Assembly: GCA_002633005.1 (NCBI GenBank)
Contig: NMRA01000032.1
Coordinates: forward strand, 159,044-223,043
From: Phoronis australis
Taxonomy: Eukaryota; Animalia; Phoronida
DNA length: 64,000 bases
Reading direction: 5' to 3'
Part shown: piece by piece, positions 1-13,400 of the stretch
How the letters are laid out: every line of letters begins with the position of its first letter
Numbering within the stretch: position 1 is the first letter of the stretch
Made by a program: the position numbers and the translations under genes
Notes under the pieces: generated by a model
What the model was told of the DNA's origin: nothing
The model's database searches: none
The model's input: the letters and a program-made list of their open reading frames with translations, nothing else

Positions 1-811
1 AGTAATTTGACAGAAAACACTCACAACTTGCCCGGTTGTCTATATACTTGTACGAAACACTCTGGAAAAAATCTCTACTCATTATTTTGGACACTGGAGC
101 ATAGGCCTAAATAAGAGCATGCACGGTGAAATGTCTTTCAGTTAATACCGTAGGTGTTATAATTATAGGCGTAGTTCATGACGAGTATATCGAAGATTAT
201 ACAGAAAAAGTAATAAAGTTCTGTCGAACTCGGGAAAAAATGGAAACATTCAAGCCAAGAATAACGTACAGCAAAAGCGAGCTGTTATCGCCATGGGAAC
301 GGAGTGTGACGGGAATGAATCATCCGCGCCACAGTGCGGCGTATTGTGTGATTGGTGCGTATTATCAAAACTAAAACAATGTTAACGTATTACTCCCGAC
401 TGCTGAATTTTTGTCTGTTTTGGTGTTTTTGTACGTCAGCCTTTGACTATGCATATGCAGTAGTTCACTTTGTAAAAAAATGAAATTGATTCGCCATNTT
501 GGTACAGGAAATTGAGCCACTTTCCCATAGCATCTTAGAAGAATTCTTGTATAGGATTTCTAATACTTTTATAATGGTAGCGCGCAGCTAGCAACTGCTT
601 TCGTCTTACCGTCAGCGACTGTACTGCCACCAGTTGGGGCTTCTTGCAACTGCCGTACCCTACCTCCTGGTAAAAAGCTGGCGCGCGTGACAACCTCCCC
701 CAGCGCAAATCCTGACGATAAGACCGAGATGATTCTTGAAGTTACCAACGGGGTTTGTTGTAACAACATAAAATAGCACACGTGCTAATTTTTTACCTAT
801 TACAATTTCAG

Positions 812-972
812 GTGACTACCTGTACGTGTTTGGTGGCAGTACCGTAGAACACGGGGCGACAGTCAACACGTCAGAGTATTACGATGTTGCCTCCAAGTCG
901 TGGGTAGAGGACTTTTCACTTCCCAGGAAGAAGGGTGAGAAAACATTGATTAGGAGTGGAATAATCGGATAG
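812..972 (+). CDS. Terminal coding exon of a kelch-repeat protein (upstream exons lie left of the window)
   Basis: Acceptor tttcag at 806-811; translates (G)DYLYVFGGSTVEHGATVNTSEYYDVASKSWVEDFSLPRKKGEKTLIRSGIIG*, with kelch hallmarks LYVFGG and EYYD...W; AATAAA at 2096-2101. Confidence 0.8.
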
Positions 973-2889
973 CGTTGGGCATCATATACACAAAGGATAT
1001 GGTGATATAGCAGTCATCCAAAGCACCACCGGTAGTTGACTTGCATAACAGATTTGCAGAAATCTCTTCATTTTAGTTCAGTAGGCCTAGTTCAAGAAGC
1101 TATAAGTCCATTTTTAGCACAGAAACGAATATACAGGCAGTGTCTGTCCAAAACAACTACCAGCTTAACAAGCAGACGATCGCCCACGTGACACTTTACT
1201 GATTCTACATTGGACTACCGTGTATCCCAAATCTACTCTCCGTAAAGCGCACGCATCGATTTCCGCTACCCAGTAAAAATTCACAATAACACAGCTCACG
1301 GACCGCAAACTTGCACGGTACTGCGAACACCGTACATGGACTCCTCCGAATGTTTACTGTTTGAAGATGTTGGTGAACTAAGGCTTTGTTTCACGAGTAA
1401 GTTCAATGAACCGAATTTATAATTGATGAACGTTTCTTGTATGTACGTCCGAACAGCCTGTCATAGTGTAATTGGGTGTAATTTTCTTTTTCTAGGAAAC
1501 TTCAGTAACATTTCTTGTTGCATGCTGAAATATGTCATCGTGCCGGAATTGTTTCCGTCCAGAGTTCCAAAGAAATGGGTTTTCTGGTGATGCCAACAAC
1601 CAAGTTCATCCGCAGGAGATCCACAAAAGAAATGTTCGATTTAAAATACCACGAGCCAATGAATTGGGAAAGAAATATACCTGAGACGTGCGTTCCGTAG
1701 AGGCGAGAATCTCGCGAAAATGCGGGATTTGGTGATCGAGGTATCGCCATGCATTACATACAAGCGAAGCACGGGTGTCATGGTCACACTAGCTTCCTTA
1801 GCAAGATTATTGCGTTTATGAAACCCAGAACAAAATCCGATTTATAATTGAGACAGGTGTTAAAAGATATGCTTTGACTCCGTCTCGAGTCCATGCTGTG
1901 TCTGTGATGCGTTATAGTGAGTCTGATACGAACGAGATTTTTCGTTTATCATCCGATTCGTAGTTTTCGAATACTTAATGAACTGTGACCTCTCACAGTA
2001 ACAAATCGTGGCCTAGTCTCAAGAGTGGCTGATTATCAATTAACGTCCAGGAACACTATATAGCATGAACACTGTACAGTACACCTGAACTGTTCAATAA
2101 ACATCAAATCTCAACTAATTTCCGATACCCATAGCTCTTCGAGTCTTCGCTATACACCGCATTACCAAATCTACATCACAAATCTGAAGTATAGAAACAT
2201 TCCCAAGTAATGGGAAGCCTACATGTACGTACAGACAACATGAACCGGAAAAATGCAAAATTTACATTTGTGGTATTTATACGTGAAGGCACCAGTGAGA
2301 CGCTTTATTTCTGGTAGCCTCAAATCCAGACTCTATTAGTATTTGATTCTGAGGGTGATGTTGGGAACGAGACCATTTGGCTAATTTGTGTACAAAACTA
2401 AGCCACGGTCGGAGTTGTATCAACATTTCATACTGAGTCTTATTTCTATCATTTTTGGGACAATGAATTTATGCTTCCACCGTTGCATAATATGGGGTTA
2501 CAGACGATCAAACAACCCCCGGAATCCATTGCTTTTGGCATCCAACAACTATGAATAAACTTTTTGAAATAATTGTGACTAATCTGTAAAATTAAAGTAA
2601 TAAAGTGTTTCTTTTGCGTTTCATCTTTTTTATTGTTGATAATGCTAGGGCGTCGCATTTAAGTAGAGAGGGCATCCCATACAAATCGCCCAGGGCATCA
2701 CCAATCCTCTGCACGCTACTGCTACTGCAGCTATCTCTTATAACTCTTGCAGAATTGTAATGAGTTTCGACATATGTGGTCCTGTGAAGTTGGCAAACAT
2801 CCGCTCGATTCGACTACCGCTGTATCTATTAGAAGCGACTCTGTTTTGTTTTTTTTTGTTTTTTTCGTTGAATTCTGTTTTTTCAGAGT

Positions 2890-3330
2890 TCCTTGGTCAT
2901 GGATTTTCGAGAAGTCATAGATTTCTATTGAGGAGAAGAGATAACGTTTTCATTTTCGAACGGACTCGACTTAATCTGTGTAATCCAATGGCAATATTTT
3001 ATTATTTGCGAACCCGTTTTCTGCGTTCGCCTTTCTATATTCCAACCACTGGAAAAACGATGAAAAATAAAAGATGACCCTGTTGAGAAGACCACGACTG
3101 ACACTGCCTTTCTAACAGGTCTGACGTCTGATATCTGTGGCACCCCTCATGGCAATTTTGTCTTATTTTGCATCCGCAATGTGAATGTGACAACAGATAA
3201 CCACGATTTTTGGATGGATCTGACTACTCCTTTGACCCTCAGTGCCAAGTTTGATTTTTCACACTTGCCACTGTATATTCAGTCTTACTTCATTAACGTT
3301 GTGAAAGTATCTTTTAGGTTCAATTGTTCA
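2890..3330 (-). repeat. Eroded inverted copy of the 19660-20945 repeat family
   Basis: cattttcgaacggactcgactta (~2951) matches the reverse complement of taagtcgaatccatccgaaaatg (~20613); spurious ORF 3181-3381 resembles spurious minus-strand ORFs 19728-19931 and 20102-20356. Confidence 0.65.
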
Positions 3331-4200
3331 AATACACCGGTTGACCAACCCAGATTAGTGATCTGCACCATACCCAAATGATAAATTATACTCTGGGCTC
3401 GAGAATACCGTCTGAACACAAGCTTGAATGTCAACAGTCCTAAAGAATATTCTAGCAGATACTTGATTATTTCGAAATATATGACGCAACATAGGTCAAT
3501 GTTATACGCGTAACAGTGATGTGGAAATGGCCTAAAAAACCCTTGTTATGTACACACCATGTCGAGTTAACTACGCTCACTACCACGATCAATCAGTACA
3601 GGCCGCGCTACCCACTCGAGCATAGTCCACGGATGAATTTATAAATTCCCATTCTGTTTAAATCATGTCTTTTTCGAGCTGACTCTTTTAATGTACCGAC
3701 TGTGTTCTTTGAGCGCGAATATTTCAGTCTGCCTCCTCATATTGGCCGGTGGATGGCGCTTACGTGCAATCACAATGTCGTGTTCCACAGCAAGACCTGA
3801 CGTCTGGAATAAAAGATTCGTCGTAAGTAATGCTTGCGGCACTCGACCACCATGTACAATTTATAGTGAATAGCCTAGCACGGGCGAGGGAAATGCAGAC
3901 CGAATTACTGTTTGACACAACATCTCTAAGCCATTTTTTCAGCAATGACAGATTTGCATGGACCGCATCCTCGACATGACCCCAGTTGGACTCATTCAGA
4001 ATATCTTGAGAGGTGAACGTTGTCTGCGCATGCAGCCCGTCGTGTGAACTTTAAACTGGAGAATGGCTGACGATAAGATTGATGTTCGCATATGCACAGA
4101 TAACGCTCACCTCTGAGGACATCCGGAACATCTCGGGTATTTTTGTGAGTCTCCAATTATCTGCCCGGAGATGTGTTTCGTGTCTGCCCATGTGCCAAAT

Positions 4201-4491
4201 TCAGCCATAGCAGCCAATGGATCCGGTCAAGCGACGGATATAGTGGTGGCTGCAGCTCCCCCATTCAGAGAATGCCCTTTTAAGCCGTGGAATCACAATA
4301 CTGACCCATTGGTAAAGCCGAGCTGCACCACTGCTGACTCCCCGGATGTCTTCAATATCGAGCAGGTCGAGTATTTCGCGTACTCTCGCGACTATCTCAG
4401 GATGGAGAAAGTCAATGTCGATGCTGATGAGACGCGCGACGATTGCGTACGGACCAACAGGATTCAGCAACTTTTGGCTGTAAGACCAGTC
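4201..4491 (-). CDS. Hillarin/KY-like exon 10 (second half of dynein-MTBD-like domain; probable last exon)
   Basis: ttttcag acceptor, phase 0; DWSYSQKLL...SSGAARLYQWVSIV; stop at 4201-4203. A possible internal donor at 4305 makes the 3' end uncertain. Confidence 0.72.
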   Translation of the reverse strand, partial: DWSYSQKLLNPVGPYAIVARLISIDIDFLHPEIVARVREILDLLDIEDIRGVSSGAARLYQWVSIVIPRLKRAFSEWGSCSHHYIRRLTGSIGCYG

Positions 4492-7400
4492 CTGAAAATG
4501 TACAAATCGCACTAATCACTTTATGGAGGTTTTATCATTATATATTGTAATCGACAGCGACTCTGTTTGTAAACTTAAATGGCAGGAATTCCGTGTTACA
4601 CGGGGACTTCAGCTGTCGCTCTGACAACTGAAATGACTGTGTAAATGACGAGGCATGTGCGATCATCTTTCTCTATCATCATTTGCAACAGCTTAGTAAC
4701 GAAACGGATTAACCTGAGTTACCTCCCATGTCTGGAGTGAAGCAACTATTTTGTGGCTTGTTCTGCTGTCTCTTCGCAAAAAAATGCAAAATGTGAATTT
4801 TCAACGGTTGACTTGGAGAAGGTAGAGGTCTGCAAACATTTGAATATTCCAGAAGGCTTCTCATTATCTTTTACATTTTCAGCTTGAATTTATTATAAAT
4901 TATAATAACCTGCACCACAAAGTGACCAAATCGGAAATCGGGACCTCCATGCGGAGCCTCAGTTTTATTTGTAAAATAAAAAGATAAAATGGAGAGAACA
5001 AAATAAAATCAAACATTCAAAACCTGTCGCTGTGCAAGTCCATTTGATTGCCACTGCCATGTGATCTGTGCAATGTAGATGGAGTGTTGAAAGTACGTGT
5101 GGACCCATTATTTGAAAACTGACACGAATTTTCACGTTGACAATGTGTTGATAATTGGTTTTACACCTAGAGTCACGGAAGTTCGTATCACCTAAGAAAT
5201 TACATCTGAAGCAGAACTATTGGATACGTAAAAAACCTATCACAATGCGAAACAGAAAAGGAGTTAAATGAGAATGGAATGACAATATTCGTGCAGTTGC
5301 AGGCAGTTGTCATCGTTTATATTTTCAATGATTGTGAAAGAATTAGAAAACGATTTAAAACATTCAGGTTCAGGTGTATCACCTGTCAGCGTGAGCGCGT
5401 CAACTTGTAAATCTTATTGTTTGCTGATGATCTGGCTCTACTTGCCGAAATAGCTGTTGTAATGCAGAGATTGGTTTGTAAATTAGAAGTATAGTCTACG
5501 TAAATGGAACAAAAATTTTAGTTTTCAGAAATTGTGGTTGTTTGAGATAATACGAGCAGTGAAAGATATTTGGCAACAAATGACGTCGTAACTCAGCACA
5601 GTTATTTAGCAGTACGTTTATCAGGATGTTTTTACAAAAGTCCAAAAAATTAATTTCCGCATAAGCGTGGAAGACACTATTTGTTATAAAAAGGAAAAAA
5701 TTCGTCGACGTTCCGATGTTGCTATGGTCAAGATCATTTCACATGGCTCAGAAATATGACAAGCTCTGCAAACGTCTGCTGCAACTTGTTCAATGTATCT
5801 CAACTGTTGCAATTCGTTCAACACATCTCAACTGTGGCAACTTGTTCAACACATCTCAGCTGTTGCAACTTGTTCAACACATCTCAGCTCTTGCAACTTG
5901 TTCAACACATCTCAGCTGTTGCAACTTGTTCAAACATCTCAGCTGTTGCAACTTGTTCAACACATCTCAGCTGTTGCAACTTGTTCAACACATCTCAGCT
6001 GTTGTAACTTGTTAATCACATCTCAGCTGTTGCATGGGGAGAACGTGAAGGAACAAACATAAAAGTTGAGAGTTTTACAATACCCGTATAAGAGATATGA
6101 AGGCCAAGACGCATACATGTACATGTATGCTTTGGAATTCAACCTACAATGTAGTGACATAGGGGCGAAACAATGGGCAAACAAAATTTCCTCCCAGTCG
6201 TTAGATGTGTAGAAACTAGTTAAATCGGTTTTTTGTCAGAATTCCACATTATGTATTTCGATAGTCTCCTACTTCGACCTACTTTGGCGAAACTTAGATG
6301 CGAAAGTCTCTTATGATTTTTAAAGATAGACGTACATGGATTTAGCCGTAAATGAGAGAATATGCTTATGTTGCTATATGAATTAAATAGAAGCAGATCG
6401 CCATTTGTTAATGTCTAATATCTGACGAAGCAAGAAGGAGGTGCCTTGGTGATCAACGAGTAATAGCATAATTAAGAGATTCATTCTTGCAGACACGAAA
6501 CAAGACAACATTAAGAGGTGTTGCCTAGTCCATTGCACGTACTAAGAAATTGAGAAAAATATATCTACACTTTATGGTTGAGCTCAGTTAATCTGCTATC
6601 TGCATTTAATCTGTGTAATACGGTGCCGAGGTTTGATTACCGTAATAAACAAACACATCCATGATGAAATAATTGTTGCTGCGCTTCAGTAGAGTTAGCT
6701 TTATACTGCGCCATCTTCAGCTGTTGGGGACAATTATTACAATAACTTGAATTTTCTAAAAACTTTAATTATTAAAACATCACTAAATAGAAATTATTTT
6801 TTAAACTGAAAACATAAACTTTCCAAAAGTGTCTTGGAAGAAGCTTTTTGAAAACATTTCCGCAAACTTGAGTTACACAACTTAAATTGGTTCCAGAAAA
6901 CGTGTCCAAAATATTTAAGTTTTGCCAAAGTTTCCGTGATCAAAAACTTAATTTAAGCTGTGAATGCTTAATTTCATATTTGTAAAGGGAATGTTTTGAG
7001 CTAAAAGATTGAACTGCAATATGTACATGACATCGTTCAAGAATCAATGGTTTATTTAAATGTGCACCAGCCTCTGGCTTACTTACATTGGAAGTTACAC
7101 GTAGACTAAAGGGCATTGTACACAGATTTTAGAAATTATTTTCTACATCACCGCTTCAGAAAAAGTTCAGAATGCCGACGTGAGCATGCTTCGCCCTCAT
7201 CAAACCATTGGCAAAACTTGCTAAATGAAAGCCCAATTACGACTTTAATTGAACGAAAGTTACATTCTTCTCTGTAACGTAAACAACCGACGCCCAATAC
7301 AAAAAGTAACGTATCAGGGAAATTCGACTCCAGAACTTCAGAGCAGATAAAACACTGTCACATCGACGACTGAGAATTGTGAAGACAATAGTGAAGACAG

Positions 7401-10400
7401 TGAAGTTGCTACTTTTACGTGTACATGGTATACAATGACTCCTCTTTGCACAGGCCGGAGAAGAAAGGCAAGGTGGGGGAAGGCAATTGTCAGACTTTTT
7501 CAATTCTGCAGCAGGGAAGGCCTATTCCCGCATAGAGCAACCGATGCAGCGGGGTTTCAGAAAGTGTACTCTTCATGGAGTTCAGTTGAAGCACATCACA
7601 TTACGCACATACAAATCTTACCATGAAACAAAATGGTGAATGAAAGCCGTGAATGGGACAATTGGTTTGACAAGTAAACTCGCCCGGCAGGCAGGATGAG
7701 ATTAATAAGTTAATTAAATATACTACACTGGATTGGAAATCAATCGATTTCAATCATCAACAACATTGAGAGAGCTCCTGAACAAGAATTGATTGGAAAG
7801 GTCTGCCAGTTATGTGATTTTCTAAAGTGTGCTTCTGTGCTACGACAGCCGTTCCTTGTGAGGAAATTTTCGAAACCGATTAAAAGGGATAAAAACTCAT
7901 TTGTTTTTACTTTGCAGTTTTTCGAGAAACTAATCAGACGGCAATGTATTCTACAAGCATGCAATACTCACCCTGGTGTTACGTTCCCCTTCGCTAAGGA
8001 GAAGCAATGTGGCGACCACGACATCACGGACACAGGCAGGCGGGTCGCGCAGGCCCCTGATCTCCATCAATTCGGCCTCGGAGGCTTTCATTAATTCTTT
8101 GTTAAGATTGTTAATACGCTGCAAACTCTCAATGAGGGCGTTGGCCTGAAATCGTGTTCACACAAAAATGTTGAGGATGTGTGCACAAGCTAATCTTTAA
8201 TGGGGTCTTCAAGCATTCAGGTGAATGATTTGTAAAATTACTAGAATCACAGTAACGACCGTTAACTATTTCGCGGAGCTGTTGTTTGAAAGTCCCCCGC
8301 GAGCTGCACAAGCGCACTCCACTCACTTACCTCGAGTAACTCCAAATTGAATTGTTCTTTGAACTCGCTCTTTTCAAGAATAACAACGCATTTCTGTATA
8401 ACCTCAGGACTCTTCTGATCCATAGCATGAAGCAATTCTGGAAACATTTTGAGAGTGCCATCATTGTAGAAAACAGTCAGACAATCACTTGAGTTAAACA
8501 GTTCATCAACACGTAAGGTAGGTATAAATGACAGTACTGGGCAAGATAAACCTTTGTTTTTGGACAACTTGAAACCACTGCTAAATTAAACCTGTATCCA
8601 ATGCCTGCGTGCTGGCGTCAAAATTGACGCAGAAATTCCGAGCGTGAGGTCAGAAATGACATAATCTTGCTAATTCCAGAAAACGTGTAAGAAATAACTT
8701 CACGTAAAACATAGCGTTTTATAATCCCGAGTTCAGAATTAGATTTTTAAGTAAAGACGGGAGTCCAGCGTCCAAACGTTTACCTGAGTGTAACTTTTGG
8801 GAAGCATTGAATAGCATGGACTGAAAACTATCCCTGACGCAATTCAATGTGGTATACGGCAATTATTAAGTATGACGTGCTTGTCTTGATGAACGGAAGC
8901 GAATGCGAAAATGCTTCGGTCCCAGTCAAGACTATGAGTTTATGGAGACACGTCATTGTCCAATATTTTCTTAACTTTGGTGCTCATCAAGTCCATAACC
9001 TTTAACGTCCAAAGCTAATGTCACATGACCATCCTAAAGGCAAACGTGACTGATTATCCCTACCATTTAGGGTCTTGAGTAGGATCAGCACCTTTTCTGC
9101 TGATGCGCATTCGCCGAGGTCAGGCACTTTATGCTTGCGGTGCTCGATCATCGCTTGTTTAATGGCCGTCTCGTCTCCCAGCTTTGTAGCCACCTCCAGA
9201 GCACGGCGAAGCACAACAAACTCTTCGTCTGAGACAGCAAATGTTGAAAGTTGGAAAATTTCACAAATATTAGGTCAAGAAACATTTAATGGAAGATCAT
9301 AATCCTGTAAAATACATAGAACACAAATTAAATAAAATTAAGCACTTACCGGTAGATATTTGTATTCCCCCAAGATCCATTTTGTCGCGCAGGTCGTCGA
9401 GAGTATGCAACTGTTTCATAAAGAGAAGAAGTTATATTAAATGTGTGTCATGTAATTGTTAACTGAACACGTGTCCATACGAATCACCTACAGGTTTCAT
9501 GGCTTAATCGAACAATGGAACTGTGTATTAAAATACCCAAGCCGAAACGAGTGAATACTGCCCACTGACCTCTGCTCGCAGTTGATCGTGTATGCAGTTC
9601 CTCTCGTTAAGCATTCTCTCAGCCTCGGCGCGCATGCGCTGTGCCTCTTCTCCAAGCCTTAACGCTTCCGTCTCGTCCTTAAGCATATCCACCAGTTGTT
9701 TCATGATGTTCTCTGTCCTCGCCATGGACACGTTCTGCTCTTCCCAGTTATATACGATGTGGTCCTGCATGTCCAGAGTCTCGCGCATCTGCAGCAGGTA
9801 CTTGAGATACTGGGTCAGCTGCTCCGCGTGTTCCACCCGGCGCTCCTCCGACTCGTCAATGCGGTTCTGACAATCCTCGATGCGCACATCAAAGAGCTGT
9901 GCACTCTCAGGGATGTGCAGTTTGAAGTGCTCAAACTGGCTGACTTGGTTCTCCAGAATGCGCCGTAGCTCGTCCAAGTTCTCCGCCAACACCGTCGACT
10001 CCTCGTGGATTTTGATGCGGTCACGCTCAATCTCACGCAACTTCTTTATTCGCCTACCCACCTCCTCCTGCAGCTTTTCGCGCACCGCTTGGTTGTCATT
10101 GAACGCCTTTAGCACTGCGTCCTCTCTCATGTGTTTATTCTTGCCCTCTAGCTTGTGGTAGTCTTGCAGTAGTTGGCGAGCGTCCGTGTCTAGCTTCCGC
10201 CGCTTAATGATGTCCTGGTAGCCATGGATGATCTCTTTCTTCTTGTACAAGATCTCGTCGTACATCACGCGGACGCGGTCGAAGTCAGCGATCTGCTCGT
10301 TGATCTCCATCTTTATCTCACCGAATTCTTCCAACGCCGTTAACTTCTTGCTGGTGGCAAAGAGAAGACTTTCTTTCTGCCGTTGCTGTTCAAGGACCTC

Positions 10401-13400
10401 TTCAAGTTTGTTGAGTTTTGTTTCCAGCTCCTTGTGTTCTTTCTGCAAGAGCTTTATCTTATTCTCTTTCTTTTTGTCCACGAGACGCATGGTTCTACCC
10501 TGTAGTCGTTCCATCTCGTCCCACACTTCTGCGGTGACCACCTTAAAATGTTGCGCAATTTACATTAACTAAACAACCAATCAGGCAAATAACTAATATT
10601 TAATACTGGTGCCGTGCACCACTGTAGCGTCTTCGTGACGGTATAGCTGCTTCGACCGACTAACTGTAGTCATTTCTCAAAGAGTTTTACTAGCCGTCGG
10701 TGCAGTATCTAAGCAGATTATAAGCATTTTGGAAAGTACACATACCCCATATCTGAAGCAGCTTTTACCATATTCCCCAAAAACCAGCAACATCTTTTAA
10801 AATTTGCAAATACCGTTGCTTCTTTTAAAATGTATAGTAACCCTATGAGGTAATTAGTTGTCGGGTTTACCTGATACACAAGCAGCGTGTGATACTCCTC
10901 CATGTCAGCGCCGCAACAGGAGACCTTGAGGTCCGTCTTACCCTCACTAGTCTGAACATGACCTCTCCATACACTGTCCTCACCCTTTTGAAGATCCGAC
11001 CACACGTCTTCCTCTGCAACAGTTACGTTTGACGCTTGGGGCACCTTAACTTCGAACTTTACCGACGTTAGAGGTGGCAACTGCCTCGTGTTTGGCGTGA
11101 TTAACACATGGTCGATACCCCAGCTTGACATCGGTTTTGGGAAGGGTGTGGCACCAGGCTTGGGCCAATCCACCTGGATCACAGAATTGTACAGCATCGG
11201 AAGGATGCCTTCCGCCTCCACAGGTTTTCCGTGAAGTTTCAGGTGATACTGGCCAATGTCGCGAAAACGGAGAAAAATGGTCGTTTCTTCGATTTTATGC
11301 TGAAAGAATACGTAGTCAGTGGCGGATGTTGGGGGAAGGCCTTCTTCGTTCATCTTTAACATGGTTGCCTGGTACATCATAGGTGATTTTGTGGAAATCA
11401 CTATTTTCATTTCACCGACGTCCGGCGCGCTTAAAAAAGGAGCCAAATCAGTCTCGGTGACCAGGCCTTTAAAAAGCTCCGTGGCCCCGAGACCACCTTT
11501 TTTAATTAAGGGATACGGGGTCTTGTATTCACACGCTTGCTCGGCTTCTACAAGATAATCACAAACGCTTTTAAAGTGTTCGCTAGCTGCACCCCTAAGT
11601 CTCCTTGCGTATATCCCAAACCCGTACATACCTTCCCTCGGGCACTTCATACTAAATATCACCACGTCGTCTTCTATTCTGTAGACGATGAAGCGCTTCA
11701 TATCGTCTTCGCACATTTCATCATGCTTGCATGTATACATAAATTCGAGAGGTGTTTCCATTTCAAATCGTATCTCACACGTACCGTCTTTGGCGGCTTG
11801 TACGACTCCTCTCTTGTGCGACAATGGGGTCATTCCCATGGCAATAGAGCCAGGACCAGGACCCCACTCTCTACGGTCACTGATGGGCATTGCTCGCAGA
11901 TCTGAGGTTGCCTTTTCACAATTAATGACGTACCTCAGCAGCTCAAGGTTGTAACCGCTCTGTGCATCCACGGTATTTCCGTACAATTCAAGCTTGTAAA
12001 GCCCTACCTTCGGAAATATAATCTTAATGCGAAGTACGTCGTCTCGTCTCTCGCGAAACATGTACCTATCCAACTTCAGGTCACCAAATGCGTCCGCTTC
12101 GTCAGCAACCGCATATAGCAGATGCCGGAAGCGAAGAACCTTATCAGTGGGCAAGCCTAACTGAAGCTCAAAGTCCCCATGACTCACTTCAACTAGACAA
12201 GTCTCGTGGTTTATCACTTTCATGTCCAGGTTGAAAAAGCCCGGGCGCAGATACGCCAAGTCATTAAACTCTTCTAGAGTGACTTGACGAGCAAGAAGCT
12301 GCCACCGTGGGTCTTCGGGAAGGTGCGTGTAAATAAACTCAACAGGATCTGTCAAAAAATAAAACTCATTGTATGCATACTGTACTGACAGGTCGTTGTT
12401 GTCGCGCCTTGGTTGAGTTGGTTTAACCACTGGTCCTCCTAATCCGTAGACGAGAGCCCAGTCGTCCACTGTATCTTCTCCTTCAACGTGGCTTGAAGCC
12501 CAGTGAGGATCAATAAGTCGCCAAATGTTGTCGATGAGAACTGCTAGCCAACCTCCAATATAGTCATTCGTGTTTTCCGCGATATTGTCGCCGGGGGAGT
12601 AGTTAACACCTTTTACTATTCCTTCTATTCTTACTGATATAACGTTGGCAGCCCTGAAAAGTTAGAAAGGAAAGTGTTTTAACTATAAAATATTGAATTG
12701 ACCCCTCAATGCATAATACATTGTCGCTCTCCTTTCATTTCCATTTTACAAGTAAAACTCGAAGAAGAAAAAGTGTAAAGAGACGAAATGCCCAATTTTA
12801 GACGTTTTATTTGTAAAAAAACGACATCCTGAGCATGTTTTCTTTTTCCTACGCGAATGTTGAATTTCTTATCAGGGAAGTACACTATGGAAAACTCACT
12901 TGAAGAGCTCACTCAGCAGCGTGTCGTAGTACGATGTCACACCATTCTGTATTTTCCATAAGCAGTACATGGGAGTGTCTCTCTGCGGTATTGTCCGGCG
13001 GAACTTGTATTTGCTCAGGTCCTGGGCTGTCACCCAGCGAAATAGCACTCGAACCTTCTCCATTTCAGTCTGCGCCTTCTGCGTGAGGTAGTGCGCGAGT
13101 TCCTCGTAACTCTTTCGGGCATGTTCCATGGGTGTCTACAAAAGCCAAACATAGAGAGCTCATACAGTTGCCAATTCACTAGATGTCATTTTATGTAGCG
13201 TGTGAGAAAGACAGGGGCCAGGGATTGACTAAATATGATTGGAAATCTTCCCAAATAGGGGACGGAAATCTTCGCCCAACCAGTTTTCTGGGGTTTGTTG
13301 GTCGCAACATAATCGGCCTATGTGATAATTTCCCACGACCCTTGCAATTTTAATCGTGTAAATATTGACATCACGAAAAGTCTACCAAACCAATTGTCCC

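Noticed and set aside
4171-4515. 114-aa + strand ORF
   Set aside because: Antisense to exon 10, whose minus-strand translation has recognisable motifs and splice sites.
5776-6033. 28-bp partly palindromic repeats resembling a CRISPR array; ORFs 5716-6062 in three frames
   Set aside because: Units are contiguous with no spacers, there are no cas genes and the context is a eukaryotic intron; the ORFs arise from a stop-free repeat.
9075-11954. Many + strand ORFs (9075-9302, 9592-10572, 11125-11954)
   Set aside because: Antisense shadows of the minus-strand hillarin/KY-like exons.
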